From: Octopus sinensis
Lineage: Eukaryota
NCBI RefSeq assembly: GCF_006345805.1
Contig: NW_021833292.1
Span: 1-64,000, forward strand
Length of the DNA: 64,000 nucleotides
Reading direction: 5' to 3'
The notes under the pieces are model-generated. The model worked only from the letters and a program-made list of their open reading frames with translations, did no database searches and was not told the origin of the DNA. Shown in pieces: positions 1 to 12,770 of the stretch. The stretch's first letter is position 1. Each line of letters starts with the position of its first letter. Both the position numbers and the translations under genes were made by a program.

Positions 1-935
1 GTATTTTAACATCAAAAATATATCTATGATCTTTTGAAAGTGGAAACATAGAAAAATTTATTACGAAAATAAATGTACTTGATTCATATGAAATAACCAT
101 ATATGTACATAATTTTAGTATCTGAACCTGAATGTTATGTCTAGATGGGGTTTATTCTAGAATTATTTCAAAAACAGTGTTGTGTAAAAGTTTCAAAAAT
201 ATCCATATAGTATGTCTGTGTGCAAGCGTGTATGTCTTCATATATATATATAGATTGATAGATATAGATAGAGATATAGATATATATATTCCTATATCTT
301 TAGGCATACGTGCATATATACGTGTGTATGTGTACGTCTGTGTGGATATCTGTATGTTAGTGTGAAGTGTGAATGTATGTGAAATGAGTGAAACATTGAG
401 ATGGAAACGTGTGTGATAAAACTATATATCTATAGGTGTATGAGTATATATATGTGTGTGTGTGTGTGTGTGTCACTGTGTGTGGTCTATATATATATAT
501 GTATAACACACATAATATATATATTATATATATATATATATATATAATATATATATGTATGTATATATATATGTCTGTGTGTGTGCATTTGTGCGGATAT
601 TTATAATTTCGAATATATTCCCCTAAAAATGTAGAAATGAATTAAATATATATTTAAATGCCTCTATCTACGGAAGTATAAATGTAGCATGAGATCACAC
701 TCACAACCGTCCCCCATACAGTTTCCACCCCCACCTCCACCCTACCCCACACATACATACGCTTTATATACTTTATATATTTATGAAGTGTAACACACCT
801 TTGAAAGTATGAATAAATGAAATCAACGTCAGCATTCGCAGCCTTGGTTTACATCTGCTCTAGAGCTGTGCTCTGCAATCTTTTTCCATTTGCGGTATAC
901 TTTTATTCTTTTCAAAATTTGGCGGCACACCTAAA

Positions 936-1334
936 TCTATATATATAAAAGTGAAGTGTGTGTCTGGTCATCTCGCCCTATTTAGATTCCTAACTACCCC
1001 ATATTTTGCGGTGCAGTTTAACCCAAACCGGGTATCTTATAGTCGTGATTCATATCGAGCCTTCTGGGTACTTAGCGCGCGTCTACGATGAGTCTACGAT
1101 TTAAAAAAAAAATACCATCATTTTTTTTCCATTTTAATGCATTTTTTCGCTATTATATAAGGGAAGTAACTCTCTAAAAATGTCTACGATGAGTCAACGA
1201 TTTAAAAAAAAATTTACCATCATTTGTTTTTATTTTTAATGCATTGTTTTGCGATTTTTTGGCTATAACTCTCTAAATATGCTTATATAGTTATTTCCCT
1301 TACAAACCCGAGCAACGCCGGGCGATACTGCTAG
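936..1334 (+). mobile_element. Non-autonomous Helitron
   Basis: Starts TCTATATATATAAAAGTG and ends with hairpin CCCGAGCAACGCCGGG followed by CGATACTGCTAG. Inserted between A and T with no TSD. Second copy at 16689-17052. Confidence 0.85.
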
Positions 1335-1540
1335 TTAAAAATATAACTAAAAGTATAGGGAAAAAAAATTATATTCAGGTTACACTGCGGCACACCTTGC
1401 ATCCTCTCGTGACTCACTAGAATACCGTGGAGTACAGGTAGCAGAGCACTGCTCTAGAGAACGAAGTATCATGCTTTCAGCCTAGTATCCTATCAATTTC
1501 CGAACGCCTAGATCAGAACATTTACACATACCTTTTAGGT

Positions 1541-1918
1541 TTTACTTGTTTTTGTCGTTAGACTGCGGCCATGCTGGGGCATGGCTCGAAGATTTAGCCG
1601 AATTAATCGAATCCTGTACTCCTTTTCTTTTTTGTTAAAGTCAAATCACGGGAATGTAAACACACCAGCACCGGTTGTCGAGCGGTGGTAGCGAGCAAAA
1701 ACGCTCACACGCACATGCACACACACGCATGCACACACACACACACACACGCACAAATGTATGATGGGCTTCTTTCCGTTTCCGTCTACCAAACCCACTC
1801 GCGAGATTTTGGTCGCTACTATAACTGAGGTTATAGTAGAGAACACTTGTCCAATGTTCCACGCAGTGGGACTGAACCCGAAACCATGTGGTTGGGAAGC
1901 AAACGTCTTTGTCACCGT
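1541..1918 (-). mobile_element. tRNA-derived SINE family A (CORE-like, central TA/CA microsatellite; octopus OR-type)
   Basis: Reverse complement has a B-box-like GGTTCAGTCC, a CORE-like segment (CTTGGACAAGTGTTCT vs family CTTGGGCAAGTGTCTT), a central microsatellite and a tail shared with >10 copies in the window. Confidence 0.8.
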
Positions 1919-2310
1919 GTGTGTGTGTATGTTGTGTGCGTGCGTGCGGGCGTGCATGTGCGTGTCCTTATTGGAAGTGAACTTGTGTTGGATTACGATG
2001 TTTTCTTTGCAGCCAACAGAATTACATAATTAAGTATGACTTCTGTCCAAACAGGATATTGCCTCACCATATCTTCGTTTCCATATTTAAAGGAATTTAT
2101 AAAAATTGGTCGGATCTTGCAAAAACTGGGTTTCTGTTTAAATAAACAGCTTTTTTTCTTGGAAACCAGATATTGGTTGAGACGACCAGAAACTGTAATT
2201 TCACCCCTATATGCAATTTTGCTGTAAAGGACTACGTAGTTATTACCCCCCAGTTTGTAAGCTCGTTCACTCTCTCTCTCCCTTCCTCTCCCCTCTCTCT
2301 CTCTATATTT

Positions 2311-2528
2311 ATTATTGCGGCTTTTTTGTAACAAATTTTATTCAACAAATATAATAACAATATTTAACAAAAACATCTTTAAATGACAGTCTGACCGTCT
2401 GTCAAGCAAATGGGAAGCAGTAATTGAAGGAGATGGTGAATATATTGTGGTATAATCGTTTAAAGATCTTTTTGCCGCATATTACTGTTTTTGTTGAATA
2501 AAATTTGTTGTAAAAAAGCCGCAATAAT
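2311..2528 (+). mobile_element. Mariner-derived MITE
   Basis: About 39-bp TIRs (2311-2349 / 2490-2528, 2 mismatches). Internal 2393-2455 translates DRLSSKWEAVIEGDGEYIVV*, resembling a mariner transposase C-terminus. Confidence 0.75.
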
Positions 2529-2624
2529 TATGCACCAACACTATATATATATGCCTTGTACCATTTATCTACTTTATATATATATATATATAATCAAAAT
2601 AAGCAACAAGGATATCAAGCTGTA

Positions 2625-2713
2625 ATGAAGTACGATCGTTTCATGCAACTTAATTTAATTGAACAATGCGATCATTACATCAATTTAAAATGTAGAGCAA
2701 TCTTCAGCTGCAC
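2625..2713 (-). ncRNA. Type I hammerhead ribozyme-like motif
   Basis: Minus strand: GTGCAG-CTGAAGA-TTGC...GCAT-GAAAC-GATC-GTA^CTTCAT. Helix I has 5/6 pairs, helix III is palindromic (ACGATCGT) and helix II has a long loop. Confidence 0.6.
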
Positions 2714-2842
2714 AAAGACATAGAATTTAATTAAATTAAAACAGATGGATCATCTTATTTTGATTTTAATCACCTTTGAAATTGTATGTATAATACCGTA
2801 CTAAATTCTGGTACCAACTTAAGTACCATATTCTTCTGAAAC

Positions 2843-2876
<34 letters not shown>

Positions 2877-3226
2877 ATATCTATATATATATATATATAT
2901 ATATATATCCCCCTCTCTCTTTCTTTCTTGTATATTACTATCTTCATGCTAATTTGTTAGATGGTTCTAGATCATATGCTGCATCCATTTATCCTTTTGA
3001 CAGGCTTTCGTAGACACTGTTCGGTTTGTAGCAACTGCATCAGTCTTGCCTTGCGTAGATATCTGAGTTGCTGACAGCGCAAACATGTAGCCAGTCGTAC
3101 TGAGTTTGAATACATCAGTATTACACGGAGTGACCGAAGAAAGATTCATATCTGTATATAAACGCCTATGAAGTACATACGTAAGTACATGCATAAATAC
3201 AAGCCTGCATATATATGTATACTTCA

Positions 3227-3265
<39 letters not shown>

Positions 3266-3268
<3 letters not shown>

Positions 3269-3648
3269 TCTTTAACTCTTTCACTTGTCTCAGTCATTTG
3301 ACTGCGGCCATGCCTGGAGCACCGCCTTTAGTCGAGCAATTGACCCAGGACTTTTCTATCTATCTCTTGCCGAACCGCTAAGTGACTGGGACAATAACAC
3401 CAGCATCAGTTGTCAAACATGCCAGGGGGACAAACACAGACACACCAACACATCACACACATATATATATATACATATATATACATATATACGACAGGCT
3501 TCTTTCAGCTTCCGTCTACCAAATCCACTCACAAGGCATTGGTCGGCCCGGGGCTATAGCAGAAGACACTTGCCCAAGATGCCACGCAGTGGGACTGAAC
3601 CCGGAACCATGTGGTTGGTTAGCTAGCAACTTACCACGCACCCACTCC
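3266..3648 (-). mobile_element. SINE family A
   Basis: Near full-length copy of the same consensus. Confidence 0.85.
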
Positions 3649-3656
3649 ACATATAT

Positions 3657-3889
3657 CTATTTCTTTACTACCCACAAGGGGCGAAACACAGAGAGGACAA
3701 ACAAGGACAGACAAACGGATTAAGTCGATTATATCGACCCCAGTGCGTAACTGGTACTTATTTAATCGACCCCGAAAGGATGAAAGGCAAAGTCGACCTC
3801 GGCGGAATTTGAACTCAGAGCGTAGCGACAGACCAAATACCACTAAGCATTTCGCCCGGCGTGCTAACGTTTCTGCCAGCTCGCCGCCT
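3657..3889 (-). mobile_element. tRNA-derived SINE family B
   Basis: Reverse complement starts AAGGCGGCGAGCTGGCAGAAACGTTAGCACG, has B box GAGTTCAAATTCC and the conserved GACTTTGCCTTTCATCCTTTCGGGGTCGAT domain. Confidence 0.85.
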
Positions 3890-4579
3890 TCATATATCGA
3901 TATGTACAATGAGTCTTTCCTATATATGGGCATACGCACATACGCACTTACATTTATGCTTACATATGCACGTACAAAAACAAAGAGACATGCACACACA
4001 TATTTGCGTCGTTCAAAAATCCCGAAACTATTCCTCGCGTGTCCATTAATCCAATATGCAGCAATATTCCATTCTATTTTCCTCTATTACAAGCTGAAAT
4101 CCTGAGAGGGCGTTGTAGCTTTTCATCTGCCATCTTACATAATGAATATATATTCCTAATGCGATATCACCAATGTCTTCCCAAAATCTCTCCTACGACT
4201 AATTTAGAAATCGCTATTAATTGCTTATTTAATTATTTAATTTAATCTCTAAATATCCAAACTTAATCTCTCCTCACTTCCTGTTACACGCAATGGCGCT
4301 ATAAAATTCGTCAGATTTTGTGTTTCGATCCGATCGTTTATTCCTCTTTCTCCATCTCACTTCATGATATATTTACTTAAATAACTGAGTGTCTATTTTC
4401 TGTATGTGGAGTTGCAAAGTATTCGACACATGCTCGATTATAATCATTTAATTATCATTTTAAAATGTTATTAATCTACGTTCGATTTTCAATATCTGAG
4501 AAGTCAAAATCATAGTATTTAATAGTATAACTTATAGTTTCTGTAGAAATAGAATGATTTTAAATATTGCACTAAGACA

Positions 4580-4798
4580 GATGGCGGCGATCTGGCAGTA
4601 TCGTTAGCACCCGGGAAGAAATACTTCGCGATTTTTCGCCAGTCGCTACGTTTCAAGTTCAAATTCCGCCGATGTCGACCTTGCTTTTCATTCTTGTGGG
4701 GTCGATAAATTAAGTACCAGTTGCTTACTGGAGTCAAACTAATCGCCTGGCCCCCTCCCCAAAAGTTTCGGGCCTTGTGCCTTAGAGTAGAAAAGACT
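4580..4798 (+). mobile_element. SINE family B (alternative tail)
   Basis: Head GGCGGCGATCTGGCAG, B box AAGTTCAAATTCC, tail ...GGGCCTTGTGCCTTAGAGTAGAAAAG. Confidence 0.8.
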
Positions 4799-4837
4799 AA
4801 GCCAGATGTTGGTGATCTGGTAGCATCTTTAGCACGC

Positions 4838-4936
4838 TGGACAAGTTACGGGGACGTAAACACACCACCATCGGTTGTCCGGCGATGTTGGGGGGGGGAC
4901 AAACATAGACTCACAAACATATACACACACATACAT

Positions 4937-4979
<43 letters not shown>

Positions 4980-5148
4980 AACATATATACGACGGGCTTA
5001 TTTCAGTTTCTGTCTACCAAATCCACTCACAAGGCTTAGGTCAGCCTGAGGTTATAGTAGAAGACACTTGTCCAAGGTGCCACGCAGTGGGACTGAACCC
5101 GGAACTATGTGGTTCGTAAGCAATCTACTTACCACAGAGACCCCCTAC
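4838..5148 (-). mobile_element. SINE family A (3'-truncated)
   Basis: Matches the family A head, core and central microsatellite. Confidence 0.8.
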
Positions 5149-7561
5149 TAGTTAAAATTTTGTCTTTAATTTCCAACAGCTCACTTTATGCCGAAGTAGC
5201 TAATCAGAATAATATATCTTCCCCCTTCTTACTATTCCGACATTCATCGTTTATCATTTCCACCTTTGCTGTCTCGAATCCTAATTTTCAAATAGCTTCT
5301 AGCTTCATTCTTTGCTCGAGTAAGAGGGCTGGTGGAAGTTAACTTGTACGAGAACAAGTTATACATTTCACGTTCCATCGTTTGTGTTTTGGGTTTTAAT
5401 TCTTACTAGCGGTTTTGGGGGTGGTTAAAATCTGAATTAAACTGGAAAGGGATTAAAAGAAAAAGACAAAGAAAATGAGTATGTTCATTTCTAGCTTTAA
5501 AGGACAGATAGAATGGTGATTTAATACTGAGAAAATGCGATCGGTTTCCTCTCTATATTTCTTTGCCGCTTTTTGCGTTGATTCATATTTGTAGCTTTTC
5601 GGGAAAAGGTTGAATAAAGCTGCCGTGATACAAGAAGTTATTTCATGAGAAACCATAGAACTCTCTAACATTCAACTAAAAGATAATAATTGTTTAAATG
5701 ATAAATCTAGATAAAATATACGAAAGTAGTTATCTTTCTTTTCTTCTTCATTTCCTTCTCCCTTTCTTTCCTTCTTTCTTTCTTTCTTTTTTTTTAAAGT
5801 TAAAGTTTTTTCAGAATCTCCTGAGGTGATTTCGCGTTAGTCATAATTCAAAAATGTGTATGGAAGCCTCTGCGTAGTCACATCATATAGCAAAAATGGC
5901 TGAGTGGAATTCTCCTCAAATTTGATGGCACATGGGAAAAACCCATCAGATGTCATTGACTAAACAATCGAGAAAAACGGGATCAACATCAAAATAGTGA
6001 AGAAATACTTTCATTCGTTAATAGAAATACTTAACCATAACTAATGGTCTTTCCTTGCGCCATCACAAACCACATTTCATCTGCATTGAACAATGTATTC
6101 TTTGATATCTAAGCCGACAGGATTGTCACAGATGGACCGTTCTATGGCCTTAGATATTCTATATCAAGTATGACATGGGATTAAACAAGAATGAAAGCAA
6201 AGTAGCTGTGTGGTTAAAGATTTCGCTGCGCAGCTACATGACTACTTAGAGATGGTTTTGAGTTCGAACCGTTAGCGCAGTAACTCTGGTCAATTAAAAC
6301 CTTGTCAATGAAATGTGGTATATCGAATTTATTCGACGCCTGTCGGATGGAACGCTCTTATCTTTGAGTGGTATACGTAATATCTCATTCGATTTAACAC
6401 ACACTGTTGACACTTGGGTTCCTTTAATGGCGTCCACTCAATTGCAAACATCCGTTCCAGGTCAACGATACGAGAACAACTTTCCCCTCTTCTCACCTGT
6501 CACTGATGCCTTTAAAGTGTAATAAGTGCTGCTCTTTCGCCTGACTAAGTCATTAAACACACACACGTACACACACACACACACAAGGACGCACCACACA
6601 AGCATGTACACATATGCGTATAAACGCATGTGTAGCATATTAACAGCTGTGTATCAATCTTCACTCGTGTGGGATTTAATTAACACGTCCATTACGGTTA
6701 TATCAAAAACAGCGTATAAATATTGATTTCTGTTAACTAGGAACACGACCAATTTTTATACGAAAATCGATACTGACATACCTATTACACGGTGAAGATG
6801 CAATTGACCTTAGTGTTATTGGAAATTACGATGCAAAACATCTAAACGAAATACTGTAACGCATTTAGTTCGTCACATTATTGTTTATGAGCGAAGACCA
6901 CGTGATAAATACTAAATAAACGTTAGTAATTAATTAGGAAGTTGTTGGCAGAGGAATATCTAACAACACAGAGGCTCGCAGCAGTTTACGGCATGTAATC
7001 ATGCCCTCTGGCGGTCTGAATTTACCCCCCCACCGTCGCCACCGCCGCCGCCACCGCAACCGCCGCCGCCACCGCAACCGCCGCCGCCACCGCCACCACC
7101 TTCAACCATTCCCCAAGACTACATGAGTCATCTTTGCTTTTCTTCATTTTGAAGCAAAGCCAACTAAGAGGCCTTTCAATGCTTTGTCGCCGCTTGACAA
7201 GCTAAAAATATCAACATATTCTTATTTAAATTACAGCCTATTATCTTTGAAACAAACACACAAAAAAAAAATTGCAGTGCAAGTTTGTTACTAGGGTCCA
7301 AAATACTTGCAAAACAACAACAACAACAATAATTAAAAAAATGTTATCGGCATGACAGGAAGTTTGGATTATGATTATTAAGTGATTCATGGATCAGAGT
7401 AAACGCGGAACTTAAGAACGACCAAAAGAGAAACAGCATCAACAGCAACTAAAAGGAGAGGAGAATCTTTAAAAAATGTACCAGTAATATACTGTTTTCG
7501 ATTATATCCAGACATTTAAATAGCAAATAATGGTATATCAATTTTTTTAATTTATTCATCT

Positions 7562-7910
<349 letters not shown>

Positions 7911-8300
7911 TTTATCCGACACGAGAATACAAATGATATTGTATTCTCTTATTAGCATAAAGGTCAATCCCGGTACCACCGCCACCGCCTTTCATGCTAG
8001 TAGTGCTGATGGCGGTTGTTTAGCTCCAGGTGAACCCTGTTCGAATAGATATACGTCGAAAGATTACTATTAGCCAATATATTATTTCTTTTAAAAAACA
8101 GCGAGACTTGAGCTGCTTAACGACAGTGAGCGTTTGATGGTTACCACAGCCACCTTCTGGTAGCTTGCAGTGCAAAGGTTTATATGGCTACAAGGCTCAA
8201 ATGAGGCGTCAACGGGAGGCAATTTATACGTCTTTTAATTGATCCACTTCTCACTTTTTTTCAATGTGCGAATCAATTGGTAGTATTAGCGCTAGTATAT

Positions 8301-8660
8301 GTGAAGGTGCCTAGCTCAGTGTTTAGAGCATCGGGGTCAAATGCATGAGGTAGTGAGTTCGGTTTTGGGACTGGACTGTATTGTGTTCTTGAGCAAGATA
8401 CTTTATTTCACGTTACTCCAGTTCACACAGCTGTAGAAATGAGTTGCGACGTCACAGGTGCCAAGCTGTATCCGCCTTTGCCTTTACCTTGGATAACATT
8501 GGTAGCATGGAGAGGAGTGGCTGGTATCCATGGGCGACTGTCGATCTTCCATAAAGAACCTTGCTCGGACTTGTGCCTCGGAGGGGAATTCCCTAGGTGC
8601 AATCCATTTATCATTCATGACCGAAGCGAGGTGGTCTTTACCCGTTACCGTTTTGCTATA
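8301..8660 (+). mobile_element. tRNA-derived SINE family C
   Basis: Head GTGAAGGTGCCTAGCTCAGTG...GAGTTCG. Body homologous to 22722-23058 and to the fragment at 11232-11335. Confidence 0.8.
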
Positions 8661-9354
8661 TTGATTATGAAGAAGATGAAATAAATTATGAGCAAGGAGT
8701 CTTCTAATGAAGATCAACATGCTAGCAATGGTTTATTCCTTTTTTTAATGGTGTAATTGAATTTGGTAAATCGTAGTAAGGTGGCATTCAAAGAGTGTTT
8801 TTCTAAAAAGAATTTGGAGCAATAATTGATAAAATAAAACCTATGAAAGACTGAGACCAAACTAAAGTGAATGGTATCTTCCTCGTTGACTCGATCTCTG
8901 TAGAAGTCGAATATTGAGAAATAAATTAAGTCCAGAATAAACTAAGCACTGTAGACATTTTAGTCTTGTGCACCGCTGAGTCAGCAACACCATATTTGAT
9001 CTAGTTTTTGTTAATGCTCAGGAAAGATATTTTCTATAAGTGCTAATTATCTGTATTTTCATGAATATAGTTCTCAATTGGTTTGTCACTATAGTTTGCC
9101 GAAGACTTTAAATCTAAACAGTTCTATAGACCTCGCTAAGTTTTGCTGGCAATTAAATTGGTCTTGGGAAATGGGATTCTAGAAGACAACAACAAATGTC
9201 TGCTAATGTGCCAAGTAATTAATTCAGAGTATAGAACTGGGTGAAAGAGAGACGAAGGACTGGGCTGAGTGTTAATGATAAATGGAAGCGAAAAAGCGAG
9301 AGACAAAAGGAGATAGAGAGGGACTGAAGTGAAGGAAAGAGAAATAAAGAGCAT

Positions 9355-9395
<41 letters not shown>

Positions 9396-9486
9396 AGGAA
9401 AGAAGGAAAGAGTGATTGAAATCGAGATACGGTGATAAAGTTAAGATGCACATATGTGAACGTGTTTGTGTGCATGCTTGTTTGTG

Positions 9487-9523
<37 letters not shown>

Positions 9524-10531
9524 GTATGTTTGTGTGTGTGTGTTGTAGTTTGTGTAGTGTGTGCGCGAAAGTCAGAGAAAACCAGACAGAGCTAGAAAGA
9601 GAGAGAATAAGAGTAAAAACAAAGCGTGTGTGTGTGTGTGTGGGGGGAGGTAATGATATATAAGCGTGTGTGCATGTGCGTGTATGTTTGTGTGGTTGGG
9701 TGAGGTAATGATGTATGTGTGTGTGAGTGTGTATGTGTGAGTGTGCACGTTTAGAATAACTGTCTGTGTTTGTGTACGTATGTGTTTACGTTTCTCTATG
9801 TGTTTGGGTATGCGCGTGTTGTGTACAGGCATGGTGCGACAGAGAAGGAGAGAGAGAGGGGAAGAGAGAAAGAGAGAGAGCGAGAGAGAGATAGAAAGAG
9901 AGAGAAAGAGAGAGAGATAGAGACTGAGACAGACAGAGGGAGAGAGTCAGAGACGTTAAGACAGAGAGAAAGAATAACAGAGGCAGAGAGGCAGAGAGAG
10001 ACAGAGAGGTTAAGAGAGAGAGATTAAGAGAGAGCGATTAAGAGAGGGAGAAAGAGACAGCGAGAGAGATAAAAAGAGAGAGAGAGACTGAGACAGACAG
10101 AGGCAGAGAGGCAGGGACTATAACACAGAGAGAAAGAGAGACAGAGACAGACGGAGACATAGAGGCAGAGAGAGACATAGAGGCGAACAGAAAGAGATTA
10201 ACAGAGAGATTAACAGAGAGAGAGAGAGGGGGTGGGAGAGAGAGAGAGTGAGTAAGAGAATTAGAAAAAGAGACTTATGACATAGAAACAGAAATAGAAA
10301 ACGCGGTGGTTTTCGAGATTGCGAGATAATGAGATAATATGATTTGATGTAGAGTGAATGAAAGACAGTCATTCCAGTAATAAGAGATTATGAATGTAAA
10401 ACCACATACCTAGGCACACAACCTTACTCATATACACAAATATACATACATGCACACACACACACACACGTATATATATATATACACACATATATATATA
10501 TACATATATATACATATATATATATACATAC

Positions 10532-10564
<33 letters not shown>

Positions 10565-10640
10565 TATATACATATATATATACATACATATATATATATG
10601 TATACATATATATGTATATATATATATGTATATATATATT

Positions 10641-10671
<31 letters not shown>

Positions 10672-10761
10672 ATATGTATATTATGTTATATATATGTATA
10701 TATATGTATATATATATGTATATATATATATATACATATATATATATACATATATATATAT

Positions 10762-10795
<34 letters not shown>

Positions 10796-10870
10796 CTATA
10801 TATATATGTATATTACATATATATATGTTATAATATATGTATATTATGTTATATATATGTACATATATAA
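9355..10870. repeat. Compound (GA)/(GT)/(TA) microsatellite block
   Basis: Directly visible; source of the low-complexity ORFs in the track. Confidence 0.95.
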
Positions 10871-11547
10871 AATCAATTCATAATATGTATTATTAATATA
10901 TTCATGATGTATTTTGGACTTGTTTCACCCTTTGTAGCCATCTTGGATCACGGCCTCAAAAGATTTAGTTAATCGACTTGATAGAAGGGCTTATTTTATA
11001 AACTGTGCTATTTGTTCTATCGGTGTCTTCATGCCGAGCTGCTAAGTTAAATAGACATGAATAAGCAGACAATTACCGATTTCGAAGTATTGACAGAAAA
11101 ATAGGAAGACGCTTACACACGTTTTCATGTATACATACATATATACACAAACATCTATGTGTGTGTGTGTGTGTGTGCCTGTGAGTGACTCTGCTTTCAT
11201 CCTTTCGGGGTCGATACATTAAGTACCAGTTCACTCAGCTGTAGAAATGAGTTGCGATATCACTGGTGCCAAGCTGTATCGGCCTTTGCTTTTTCCTTGG
11301 ATAACATGGGTAGCGTGGAGACGGTGAGCTGGCATTCGTAAAAATGTAATGGACGCTTGTAAAAATATTTGATCATGAATAATTTTAATCGAAATAATTG
11401 ACAAGTAGTGTTTAGAAAGTTGTGTTCAAAGTGCTGTTACAGCCGTGTCTTTCAATCTTGAGTTACAATAATCTAGGACATTTATAACTGCTTCCCCTAA
11501 AGAAAAATAAAGTCTAAAAAAATTCTGGAATGCACCATGTAGCTTAC

Positions 11548-11611
11548 CATAAGCTCAGCTCAGTCCAAGGTTTGTAAGTAAAATTGGGCAGACGAAAACT
11601 CTGTAAGACAC
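11548..11611 (-). CDS. Candidate internal exon (unknown protein)
   Basis: tttgaattacag|GT...TTATG|gtaagc. One open frame, VLQSFRLPNFTYKPWTELSL. No homology recognised. Confidence 0.2.
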
Positions 11612-12538
11612 CTGTAATTCAAACTTTCAGCCTTTTCATTTAGTGTGCCATAGTTTTGGTTTGCGGATTCTGATTAAGAAATACGCGGTAACTTTGGTGA
11701 GTTTTGCATTGGTGAAGCTGGCAGGCAATTCATCATCATATGCGTGTATATATAGTTGCAAGTGTATATATGGTCGAAAAAAAATTCAAGATATTTCTAA
11801 TAAAAATATGTCAGAGTGGTGAATGATATCTGAAAGGAAGGTAAGTGACAAATCTAGCTGTGTTTTTTCAGGTCCATACTAAGCAGCCTCAATTCGAAGT
11901 CTTGAATCCTTCTGCATTTATCTTGTGTTCACTTGATGTTTCATAGAATCCGCAAGGGAAACCGAACCGCCATGCAATTGACAGTTCAATCTCCTCCTTC
12001 AGTTCATCCTTTCTAAATCCCAACACTAACAACTTTAGCAAAACCTGTGTGAATGCAAGTAGCTGGAATTCATTCTATAATCTCATTTTCTGTCATTTCA
12101 TCTACAATCTCAGTGGTAACAGTCATCCTATAATACGTCATCAAATATATATTGCGTGTGTTTAATTAGCAAAATATGACTACCCCCAAGTATAACCAGA
12201 TCCTATAAAATATTTGGATATTCTTCCTTTTACTGATATTCCCTTTTATTCTGCTCAAACCCAATTACTGCTTGAATCTTAAATATTTCTAAGAATTGAA
12301 GAATTTAAGAACAAATCTTAAACTTATTATCTCTCTGAACACGCAATTAATTCTGCCATTGATAGGACCAGATAAGAAATCTGAAAATTATGACTTAAAA
12401 CCTGAAGTTATTGTATATATAATTAGTTCTGTAAATATTGAGCGTATCCTATTGTTGACAGCCATTTCCCATGCGTAAGAGGATTACAAGATTTATTTAA
12501 ATATGTTTAAGTTAAGGCACTGATTAACTTATAAATGA

Positions 12539-12770
12539 AAGGCGGCGAGCTGGCAGAAACGTTAGCACGCCGGGCGAAATGCTTTGCGTATTCCGGCTGC
12601 CGTTACGTTCTAAGTTCAAATTTCGCCGAGGTCGACTTTGACTTTCATCCTTTCGGGGTCGATTAAATAAGTACCAGTTATGCACTGAGGTATATATAAT
12701 CGACTTAATCCGTTTGTCTGTCCTATTTTGTCCCCTCTATGTTTAGCCCCTTGCGGGCAATAAAGAAATA
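12539..12770 (+). mobile_element. SINE family B, full length
   Basis: Complete head, conserved domain and tail ...TAAAGAAATA. Confidence 0.85.

Noticed and set aside
10450-10883. YI/HT-rich ORFs (also at 15, 19, 29, 43, 49, 55 and 60 kb)
   Set aside because: (TA)n/(CA)n artefacts.
11870-12130. Protein-like minus frames (KDELKEEIELSIAWRFGFPCGFY)
   Set aside because: Requires a frameshift; weak splice sites; no family recognised.
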